NCBI RefSeq assembly: GCF_026000775.1
Contig: NZ_AP026830.1
Coordinates: 797,056 to 829,055, forward strand
Source: Vulcanisaeta souniana JCM 11219
GTDB lineage: Archaea; Thermoproteota; Thermoprotei; Thermoproteales; Thermocladiaceae
Length of the DNA stretch: 32,000 nt
Direction of reading: 5' to 3'
In this document: in pieces, positions 8,872-15,895 of the stretch
Layout: each line of letters begins with the position of its first letter
Position numbering within the stretch: the stretch's first letter is position 1
Translations under genes and position numbers: made by a program
The notes under the pieces: generated by a model
What the model was told of the DNA's origin: nothing
Databases searched by the model: none
The model's input: only the letters and a program-made list of their open reading frames with translations

Positions 8872-10533
8872 ATGAGTAGCGGTGTACAGCAAAAGGGTGG
8901 AGTACCAACACTGGTCCTTAAGGAGGGTTCACAAAGAACAACAGGTGCGGATGCAAGGAGAAGCAACATAATGGCCGCCAAGGTCATTTCCGAAATACTA
9001 TCAACAAGCCTAGGGCCTAGGGGAATGGATAAGATGCTCATTGACGCATTCGGTGACGTAACAATAACTGGCGATGGAGCTGCAATACTGAAGGAAATGG
9101 AGGTTCAGCACCCAGCAGCTAAGCTGCTAATTGAGGTTGCCAAGGCCCAGGATGCAGAGGTGGGCGATGGAACAACAACCGCCGTAGTACTGGCCGGAAG
9201 ACTACTTGAGCTTTCCGAGGAGCTACTTGATGAGAATATTCACCCAACAATAATCATTGACGGTTACAAGAAGGCTATGGACTACGCAATACAGGTGGCT
9301 AATGAAATTGCCCAACCCATTAATGCTGAGGATAAGAACCAGCTTGCACTCGTAGCCATGAACTCACTGAGCAGTAAGATCGTTTCTGAGGCTAAGGATT
9401 ACCTAGCGAAGATCGCCGTTGAGGCATCTGCAATAGCCGTTGAGAAGGTTGGCGATAAGTATAACCTCGACCTTGATTGGATTAAGCTCGAGAAGAAGAA
9501 GGGTCAGTCACTCACTGAAACTCAATTAATACAGGGTATTGTACTTGACAAGGAGGTCGTTCATCCAGGAATGCCCAAGAGGGTTGTTAATGCCAAGATC
9601 GCGGTCCTAGACGCACCACTTGAGATTGAGAAGCCCGAGTGGACCACGAAGATATCCGTATCATCACCACAGCAAATAAAGGGGTTCCTTGAGGAGGAAT
9701 CCAACATACTGAAGTCCTACGTTGATAAGCTGGTGGAGATAGGCGCGAATGTTGTTATTACCCAGAAGGGTATTGACGAAGTTGCGCAGCACTATCTTGC
9801 CAAGAAGGGTATAATGGCTATCAGGAGGGTTAAGAGAAGCGACATTGAGAAACTTGCCAAGGCCACTGGAGCCAAGATCGTTACCAGCATCAAGGACATA
9901 AAGCCTGAGGACCTTGGTACAGCTGGGCTTGTTGAGGAGAGGAAGGTTGGTGAGGAGAAGATGGTGTTTGTCGAGCAGTGCCCGAACCCAAGGGCGGTGA
10001 CAATACTACTCAGGGGCGCGGCGGACAGGGTACTTGACGAAGCAGAGAGATCAATGCAGGATGCGCTCCATGTAATTAGGGACCTATATAGGGAGCCTAA
10101 GATTGTGCCTGGTGGCGGTGCCTTCGAGATGGAGATTGCGAGAAGAATTAGGGAGTGGGGTAGGAAACTACCTGGTAAGGAACAGCTGGCTGTGCTTAAG
10201 TTTGCTGAGGCCCTTGAGCACATACCGACAATACTTGCCTTAACTGCTGGTCTTGATCCCGTTGATGCAATTGCCGAGCTAAGGAAGAGACACGATGCAG
10301 GTGAGTTTGATGCAGGTGTTGATGTGTTAAGTGGCAAGATCGCTAATATGACTAAGATCAACGTAGTCGATCCATTACTAGTAAAGACCCACGTGATTAG
10401 GAGCGCGGTAGAGGCCGCAATAATGATACTTAGGATTGATGACATTGTTGCTGCAGCCCAAACAAGGACCGGCGGTGCTGGGAAGTCAAAGACTGAAGGC
10501 GGTGGCGAGGAGAGCGAATCAAAGACTGAGTAA
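8872..10533 (+). CDS. ths: Thermosome subunit (group II chaperonin)
   Basis: The 553-aa ORF contains 'LGPRGMDKML', 'ITGDGAAILKEM', 'VGDGTTTAVVLAG' and 'VPGGGA.E', and has a Gly/Glu-rich C-terminal tail. Confidence 0.97.
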   Translation: MSSGVQQKGGVPTLVLKEGSQRTTGADARRSNIMAAKVISEILSTSLGPRGMDKMLIDAFGDVTITGDGAAILKEMEVQHPAAKLLIEVAKAQDAEVGDGTTTAVVLAGRLLELSEELLDENIHPTIIIDGYKKAMDYAIQVANEIAQPINAEDKNQLALVAMNSLSSKIVSEAKDYLAKIAVEASAIAVEKVGDKYNLDLDWIKLEKKKGQSLTETQLIQGIVLDKEVVHPGMPKRVVNAKIAVLDAPLEIEKPEWTTKISVSSPQQIKGFLEEESNILKSYVDKLVEIGANVVITQKGIDEVAQHYLAKKGIMAIRRVKRSDIEKLAKATGAKIVTSIKDIKPEDLGTAGLVEERKVGEEKMVFVEQCPNPRAVTILLRGAADRVLDEAERSMQDALHVIRDLYREPKIVPGGGAFEMEIARRIREWGRKLPGKEQLAVLKFAEALEHIPTILALTAGLDPVDAIAELRKRHDAGEFDAGVDVLSGKIANMTKINVVDPLLVKTHVIRSAVEAAIMILRIDDIVAAAQTRTGGAGKSKTEGGGEESESKTE

Positions 10534-10584
10534 TAAAAATTACTTAAGTTAAATTTTTAAACGATTTTTGTCTTCGTATTATCA

Positions 10585-10938
10585 ATGGCATCATCAAACC
10601 AAACGTCTAATTCGCTCCTTAAGGAAGACACCTTAGCTAGTGTTCTAAAGACGCTGGATGATTTAATTAGCGGCAGGCTTGTGTATCCGCCCAGGATAAC
10701 CAAGTATGAACTAGCAAGGATAATTGCAGCAAGGGCAAAGCAGTTGTCCATGGGTGCGCAACCACTCGTTAATCCCCAGGAACTGGGTACTTATGATCCT
10801 ATAGATATTGCCCTTGAGGAGGTACGTAGAGGGTTACTTCCCTTTATTATAGTTAGGACACTACCGAATGGAAGACATATAAGAATTAAGCTAAAGGATC
10901 TCCTGGATTTAAGTGAGAAATTTGATGTTAAATTATGA
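10585..10938 (+). CDS. rpoK: DNA-directed RNA polymerase subunit K (Rpb6 homolog)
   Basis: The ORF contains the Rpo6/RpoK signature 'ITKYELARIIAARAKQLSMGAQPLV'. The N-terminal extension is longer than usual, so the start is uncertain. Confidence 0.85.
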   Translation: MASSNQTSNSLLKEDTLASVLKTLDDLISGRLVYPPRITKYELARIIAARAKQLSMGAQPLVNPQELGTYDPIDIALEEVRRGLLPFIIVRTLPNGRHIRIKLKDLLDLSEKFDVKL

Positions 10939-10943
10939 AAAAT

Positions 10944-11345
10944 TCAAGCCTTAACTAACTCAAGCTTTCCGTTGTCAATCCTAATCTCCACCGCGTCACC
11001 CACATCTAATCTAGGTCCAAGTGCCTCTGCCTCATCCTCATTAAGCCAAATTAGGAGTCTCGGTATCTGTACCTTACCACTCATTAGTGGCCCAACCATG
11101 GGCATTGACCTAAGTAATTGCTGTACCAATGGCATTACGTCCCTCATCATCTGGGCGGTTTCATCAGTGCTTGTAATTACAGGTCCTGGTGCTTCCCTTT
11201 CCTCGACTATTTGTATTGCTATCATTCTTCCACCTGTAGGATCATTAACCGCCATTTTACTGACCACGTAGCCTCTTATTGTTATCATCCATACTATGTC
11301 ATGCCATGCATTTAAAAAACTTATTAGGTTGTGGCTATTATTCAT
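10944..11345 (-). CDS. Hypothetical protein
   Basis: This 133-aa ORF is divergent from the Roadblock-like gene, and I recognise no motif in it. The start may be an internal Met such as 'MAVNDP'. Confidence 0.45.
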   Translation of the reverse strand: MNNSHNLISFLNAWHDIVWMITIRGYVVSKMAVNDPTGGRMIAIQIVEEREAPGPVITSTDETAQMMRDVMPLVQQLLRSMPMVGPLMSGKVQIPRLLIWLNEDEAEALGPRLDVGDAVEIRIDNGKLELVKA

Positions 11346-11418
11346 ATTACTTGGCCTTACTTTGGGTTATATTAATCGAAGTCGAAAGATTTAAAAATTA
11401 TATTAAATAGAAAGTTGT

Positions 11419-11916
11419 GTGAACAGCGATATTCAAAGAATCATTAATGAAATTAAGTTGTCAGCTGAGGAGATAGTGTCGGAAAGCCCTGATCAGATAA
11501 AGGCCGTGTATGTAATGGATAGGGAGGGAACAGTAATAGCCTACACAACAAATGCAACACTGGCTAGCACAGGCGATATGTTCTTTGCAATGCCACGATT
11601 CATTTCCTCACTGAAGGGATTATTAACCACACTACCCATTGGTAAAATTGACTATATATTGATTCAAGGCATTGAGGGCATAGTCCAATTAATGGGTATT
11701 CGCGAAATAGGTTACCTGATGGTCATAGTTAATTCTGAATCATCAATAGGACTTACAAGAATAATACTGGAGAGATACACCAATAAACTATATGAATTAC
11801 TGAGCAAATTAACTGGGGCCAGTGAGGAACAATTAGTTGAAGTGGTTAACGTAGAGATAACGCCTAAGGATATTGAGGATGTAATCAACTTCATAAGAAG
11901 TAAGGCAATGTTCTAG
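11419..11916 (+). CDS. Roadblock/LC7 (MglB-like) domain protein, tentative
   Basis: The 165-aa ORF has a GTG start. The pattern 'IKAVYVMDREGTVIAYTTN' and its alpha-beta-rich length fit Roadblock/LC7. It lies immediately upstream of, and is coupled to, a small GTPase gene. Confidence 0.5.
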   Translation: MNSDIQRIINEIKLSAEEIVSESPDQIKAVYVMDREGTVIAYTTNATLASTGDMFFAMPRFISSLKGLLTTLPIGKIDYILIQGIEGIVQLMGIREIGYLMVIVNSESSIGLTRIILERYTNKLYELLSKLTGASEEQLVEVVNVEITPKDIEDVINFIRSKAMF

Positions 11917-11925
11917 GTGATTGTT

Positions 11926-12477
11926 ATGTCTATAAAGACCATAAAGATAGTGATAGCAGGCCCCTACGGAGCGGGCAAAACCACATTCGTTAAGACACTA
12001 AGCGAGGTTTTACCCATAGAGACAGATGTACCGATAGCTAAGAACGCCATTGACGGCGATAAGAAGAGCACAACGGTTGCCTTCGATTACGGTAGGATGA
12101 AAGTTAGAGAAAACCTAATTGTGCATTTATTCGGTGTTCCAGGGCAGGAAAGATTTAGCTTCATGTGGAAGATAATCGCCAGAGGCATGCATGGTTACCT
12201 ATTCATAGTCGATAGTTCGAGTGAGGATAGGGTTAAGGAGGCATTGGGCATGTACAACTTCTTTAGGGAGAATTTCCCATCGACACCGCACGTGATTGCC
12301 GCAAATAAGCAGGATGCGCCGAATGCCATCAATATATCCACCGTGAAGACCATACTGAAGGCGCCATACGAAGTTAAGGTCATGCCACTAATAGCCACCA
12401 ATAGAAGGAGCGCACTCTTTGTCTTGGTTACCCTCCTGGAGGAGATTAAGACTTACCTTGTGGAGATGTCAAAGTGA
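11926..12477 (+). CDS. Small Ras/MglA-like GTPase (COG2229-type)
   Basis: G1 'GPYGAGKTT', G3 'FGVPGQERF' and G4 'ANKQD' are present. GGTGAT at 11916-11921 lies 4 nt before the ATG at 11926. The track start is the GTG at 11917. Confidence 0.85.
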   Translation: MSIKTIKIVIAGPYGAGKTTFVKTLSEVLPIETDVPIAKNAIDGDKKSTTVAFDYGRMKVRENLIVHLFGVPGQERFSFMWKIIARGMHGYLFIVDSSSEDRVKEALGMYNFFRENFPSTPHVIAANKQDAPNAINISTVKTILKAPYEVKVMPLIATNRRSALFVLVTLLEEIKTYLVEMSK

Positions 12478-12485
12478 AATGAAAA

Positions 12486-12525
12486 TTTTTGCTTATTTTT
12501 GTATATTGCTTTTGAAATATTTTTA
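12486..12525 (+). terminator. T-tract terminator region after the Roadblock-GTPase pair
   Basis: Several T5 runs ('aTTTTTgcttaTTTTTg...aTTTTTa') begin 9 nt after the stop codon. Oligo-T tracts are the usual archaeal termination signal. Confidence 0.35.
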
Positions 12526-12541
12526 TACCCTTCTTATTGTC

Positions 12542-12823
12542 TTATGCTCTCTCTAGCACTATCTCTATTGCAGCAACGGACCTCTCCTTTCCTCCCTGAC
12601 CAGTTACTCTGTCAGTTAGTAGCTTTATGTCGCTTATCCTTATCTGGTTTGGTAGGAACTTGTCTCTTATCATTACTGCCGTTGAGACGGCCCTAGCGAT
12701 GGCACCGCCTCTGGCCTTCAGTATTACCTTCTTAGCTCCTGCGTTGAAGCTCATTACCGTGGCTATTACATAGCTTGTGGTTGGTTTTTTACCCACTAGT
12801 ATTGTGGTTTCCTGTGTACTCAT
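12542..12823 (-). CDS. albA: Alba DNA/RNA-binding chromatin protein
   Basis: The 93-aa ORF contains 'ILVGKKPTTSYV', 'VILKARGGAIARAVSTAVMIR' and a C-terminal 'IEIVLERA', which is a classic Sso10b/Alba pattern. Confidence 0.93.
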   Translation of the reverse strand: MSTQETTILVGKKPTTSYVIATVMSFNAGAKKVILKARGGAIARAVSTAVMIRDKFLPNQIRISDIKLLTDRVTGQGGKERSVAAIEIVLERA

Positions 12824-12875
12824 ACCTCTTTCGCCGTATTCGGTACCTCCCCACCCTTTAAAAGCTTAATCCTAA

Positions 12876-13235
12876 TTACTTCATTATCAACTTAATGGAG
12901 TACCCACCATTTAATTTACCAAGGAACTCAACACCACTCGTCACATACCCAATGACGTTTACCTGCTCCCCCAAATCAATATTATTAAGGGCGATAACCA
13001 GGCTCCTCTTCTTAACCCAGTAACCTACTTCATAGGGCTTCAGGCTTGTCCTCTTACCCTCACTCACCAGCCCTAAGTCTAGGGGTATTATTATGACTTG
13101 CCCATACTTCACGGCATTGGCCCTTGTCGGCAATGATTTCCCCAACCTAGTGTATGTCAGTGGCGATACTGCCGGTTCCAACTTAATGACTATGTTTCCA
13201 AGATCCTTAACCTCAAGAATTAACTCATTCTCCAT
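12876..13235 (-). CDS. Cyclophilin-like fold protein (TM1367/PF04126-like), tentative
   Basis: The pattern 'SPLTYTRLGKSLP', 'YEVGYW...SLVIAL' and 'VNVIGYVTSGVEFL' resembles the small cyclophilin-like family. The start is moved to Met23 (13235). This leaves a 72-nt divergent promoter region instead of a 6-nt gap to the next gene. Confidence 0.45.
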   Translation of the reverse strand: MENELILEVKDLGNIVIKLEPAVSPLTYTRLGKSLPTRANAVKYGQVIIIPLDLGLVSEGKRTSLKPYEVGYWVKKRSLVIALNNIDLGEQVNVIGYVTSGVEFLGKLNGGYSIKLIMK

Positions 13236-13278
13236 AGTACTATACACCTTATAATCTCGCCACAAGAGGCGCAATCCC

Positions 13279-13288
13279 CTTATAAACC
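13279..13288 (+). promoter_or_regulatory. TATA-like box for the arcadin-1-position gene and crenactin
   Basis: The element 'cTTATAAAcc' is centred 25 nt upstream of the GTG at 13308, which fits a leaderless transcript. Confidence 0.35.
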
Positions 13289-13307
13289 TTATTGCCAACA
13301 AACCAGT

Positions 13308-13640
13308 GTGGATTGCCCAAAATGCGAAGTCGGTGAGATAAAGGATGAGGATGACGTTATTAGGGAACGACGCAAATTCATAGCATGCCTATTGAGCGGT
13401 CTTAACCTTAGGTTCCTAACAATCGATAATGGCATTAGGTATCAGGCAATGTATTATGTGGAGATCGCGGGCGAGCATATCAAGGACGCGCTTGATATCG
13501 TATTGAAGTGCATTAATGATTCGCTTAATTCAATGCCCGATGAGTTAAGGGAACACATGAGACTCAGTACTAAGGCCTTTGATGATACGTACGTAATAAT
13601 GTTTAATAATGAGTACATTACGATTAAGGCGATTTGGTGA
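13308..13640 (+). CDS. Small protein in the arcadin-1 position, directly upstream of crenactin
   Basis: The 110-aa ORF has a GTG start. Its stop overlaps the GGTGAT motif that precedes the crenactin ATG. The assignment rests on gene order in the published arcade cluster only. Confidence 0.5.
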   Translation: MDCPKCEVGEIKDEDDVIRERRKFIACLLSGLNLRFLTIDNGIRYQAMYYVEIAGEHIKDALDIVLKCINDSLNSMPDELREHMRLSTKAFDDTYVIMFNNEYITIKAIW

Positions 13641-13646
13641 TTCAGC

Positions 13647-14957
13647 ATGATTGATGAGAGCAAGTACAAGCTTAATTACGTGTATGCAGAGGACTTTGGC
13701 ACTGGGTACTTCAAGTACGGCCCGATAACGCTTAGAGACAGACCATACATGGTGCAAAGCCGTGGGTTATTCCTTAGGGATTTACCAGAGAGCATTAAGT
13801 TGCTTGTTCCCAAGGAGGTTCTTGAGAGGGGCGTTGTTGTCGGTGATGACATACCCAAGTACCTTAGTTCAATTAGGGATGCCATTAGGAATCTACGTTA
13901 CCCACTTAGGGATGGCATAATTAGGAAGGAGGATGAGGACTCCTGGAGGATCATCAAGGAACTTTCCCGGTACGGCTTCTCGCAGTTTTACCAAGACTTC
14001 ACAAGGAGACCTGATTTCAGGGGCTTTTTCCTAGTCATTGCATTATCAGCGTTGGCTCCTGATTACATGAGAGATAGAATGATAGAAATACATAAGGAAC
14101 TTGACAATGAATCTGAGGGCAAATTGTTACAGGCAATCACGATCATAGATCAGCCCTTTGCGGTTGCCATTGCAGAAAAGGCAGTGACCTGTACAGTTAT
14201 TGAGGCCGGCCATGGCAACATTCAACTGGTACCCATCAGCTATGGGCCGATTAGGGAAGGCATTGTGGCACTTAATAGGGGCGGTGCTGAGGCGAATGCT
14301 GTTACCAGGGAAGTTCTTAAGGACTCTGGATATGGTGATTTGGCGAAGGACGATTATGTAGTAGAAATCGTAAAGAGAACCGCTGGGTTAGTTCCGAGGA
14401 ACCTCGATGAAGCCATTAAGAAGGCTAGGGAGGATCCTGATAGGTTTTCCATTAAGGTTAGGATAAACCCATTGACAGAGATTGAACTGAGGGATGCCGC
14501 ATGGATGAGGTTCTTAATTGGTGAGGTTGTGTTTAATCCAAGGCATGATGTGTTCTCGAGCTATATGCAGCAGGGTAGGTTGGTAATTGAGGATGCCGCG
14601 GTTGGTGATATGATGTTTTACGGAGAAATGGATATAGCCGAAGCATTAATAACTAGTATTAGGAAGGTGCCCGTGGAGATCCAGGACAAGATCATGAGTA
14701 CCATAATACTTAGCGGCGGTGCATTTAGTTGGTCCGTACCACCTGGACTTGAGGACGTTGCCGTTAATAGCGTTGATAAGATAAAGCTCATGGTTTCCGA
14801 GAAATTGCCCGACCTAGCCAGTAAGTTGAGTATTAGTATTGTTAAGGACCCGCAGTTTAGTGTTTGGAAGGGAGCCATCATATACGGCTATGCACTGCCT
14901 AATAACGTGAGGTGGAACGAGAGGACCAAGGAGGGCTGGTACTACCTTCATCAATGA
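13647..14957 (+). CDS. cren-1: Crenactin (archaeal actin homolog)
   Basis: The 436-aa ORF has actin-fold phosphate motifs 'EDFGTGYFKYGP' and 'EAGHGNIQLVP', plus 'LNRGGAEANA' and 'ILSGGAFSW'. From memory it resembles Pyrobaculum crenactin strongly along its whole length. An SMC-like arcadin-4 gene lies downstream. Confidence 0.9.
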   Translation: MIDESKYKLNYVYAEDFGTGYFKYGPITLRDRPYMVQSRGLFLRDLPESIKLLVPKEVLERGVVVGDDIPKYLSSIRDAIRNLRYPLRDGIIRKEDEDSWRIIKELSRYGFSQFYQDFTRRPDFRGFFLVIALSALAPDYMRDRMIEIHKELDNESEGKLLQAITIIDQPFAVAIAEKAVTCTVIEAGHGNIQLVPISYGPIREGIVALNRGGAEANAVTREVLKDSGYGDLAKDDYVVEIVKRTAGLVPRNLDEAIKKAREDPDRFSIKVRINPLTEIELRDAAWMRFLIGEVVFNPRHDVFSSYMQQGRLVIEDAAVGDMMFYGEMDIAEALITSIRKVPVEIQDKIMSTIILSGGAFSWSVPPGLEDVAVNSVDKIKLMVSEKLPDLASKLSISIVKDPQFSVWKGAIIYGYALPNNVRWNERTKEGWYYLHQ

Positions 14958-15029
14958 ACATGCTAAAATGACTTTATCGACTCAATTAGGTTAAAAAGCA
15001 AGTTGTTAGTATATAATATGTAGGCATTA

Positions 15030-15713
15030 ATGAGCATTGAACTAGCAAGGAAGTTAATTGAGGATTGGCTAACACAGAGAGGGCTTAGGGTAGTGGATAA
15101 ACTTAACGATAGGGAGGTAATTCTCGCGGAGGGCAATAACACGGTTTACCTTAGGATATCAACTGAGGAATTCCCAACCGAGTCATACATAACCGATGAA
15201 TTAAGCAATGTAATGAGAAACAGGTTCAATTACAATAAGGCGTACATAGCCTTTCCGCAGAGTGCCCGCGGTCTGATAAATGGAAGACTATTTAGGAGCA
15301 GTAGAGTTGGTATTTATATATACGACCTATCATCTACTGATCCAGAGAAGGCAGTTGAGGAGTTAATACCGAGCATACCAATACAGTTGCAACAAGTCGC
15401 AAATGATGACCTAAGGAGGAGAATTGATGAGCTCGAGAAAATAATTAATAATTTAAGGAGCGACCCGTTAAATGCAGATAGTAAGTCATTGGTCAGGGAT
15501 ATTAATGAACTTAAGGATAGGCTGGCGAGAATTGAACACGAACTTGGCAAATTAACTGAACGGGTCAGTAAACTCGAGGGCATGGTTCGATCCTCCGATA
15601 AAAACCAATCAATGAATCCACAAGTAAGTACTATGGTTAGTGATGAATTACCTGATTTTCTGAACAATAACCCATGGGTTAACGTATTGAAGAAAAGGGG
15701 TGGTGAGGGATGA
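15030..15713 (+). CDS. Arcadin-2-like protein (globular N-domain, coiled coil, basic or aromatic C-terminal tail)
   Basis: The 227-aa ORF has a heptad-rich segment 'RRRIDELEKIINNLRS...INELKDRLARIEHELGKLTERVSKLEG'. Its C-terminal tail is 'LPDFLNNNPWVNVLKKRG'. Position and size fit arcadin-2. Confidence 0.6.
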   Translation: MSIELARKLIEDWLTQRGLRVVDKLNDREVILAEGNNTVYLRISTEEFPTESYITDELSNVMRNRFNYNKAYIAFPQSARGLINGRLFRSSRVGIYIYDLSSTDPEKAVEELIPSIPIQLQQVANDDLRRRIDELEKIINNLRSDPLNADSKSLVRDINELKDRLARIEHELGKLTERVSKLEGMVRSSDKNQSMNPQVSTMVSDELPDFLNNNPWVNVLKKRGGEG

Positions 15714-15895
15714 ATGAACTTGATGAACTAATCATTAAATTTCTCAGGGAGAGGCTTGGCGAGGATTCTGAGCTTGCTATTAAGCTTTATATGGCTTATA
15801 AGGAGGGAGGCAGGCGCGGCATTATTAAGGTGATTAATGAGGAATTGAGTAAGGTTGGTGTTAAGGTGAGTGAGGATGAGGATCAGAGTCAATGA
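15710..15895 (+). CDS. Small helical protein in the arcadin-3 position
   Basis: The 61-aa ORF has an ATGA start/stop overlap with the upstream gene and a GGTGA motif just upstream. It overlaps the arcadin-4 start by about 20 nt. The assignment is by position only. Confidence 0.45.
   Translation: MNELDELIIKFLRERLGEDSELAIKLYMAYKEGGRRGIIKVINEELSKVGVKVSEDEDQSQ

Noticed and set aside
9792-10445. A 217-aa minus-strand ORF lying inside the thermosome gene.
   Set aside because: It is antisense to a confidently identified chaperonin gene. Its Ser/Leu/Ala-rich low-complexity translation is typical of a shadow ORF created by the codon bias of the sense strand.
12499-12696. A 65-aa plus-strand ORF overlapping the Alba gene.
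   Set aside because: It is antisense to a textbook Alba sequence. It has a TTG-type start and a Leu/Ser-rich translation with no motif.
15584-15593. 'GGTTCGATCC', which resembles a tRNA T-arm.
   Set aside because: It lies inside the arcadin-2-like coding frame. There is no acceptor, D or anticodon arm around it, and no GC-rich cloverleaf can be drawn.
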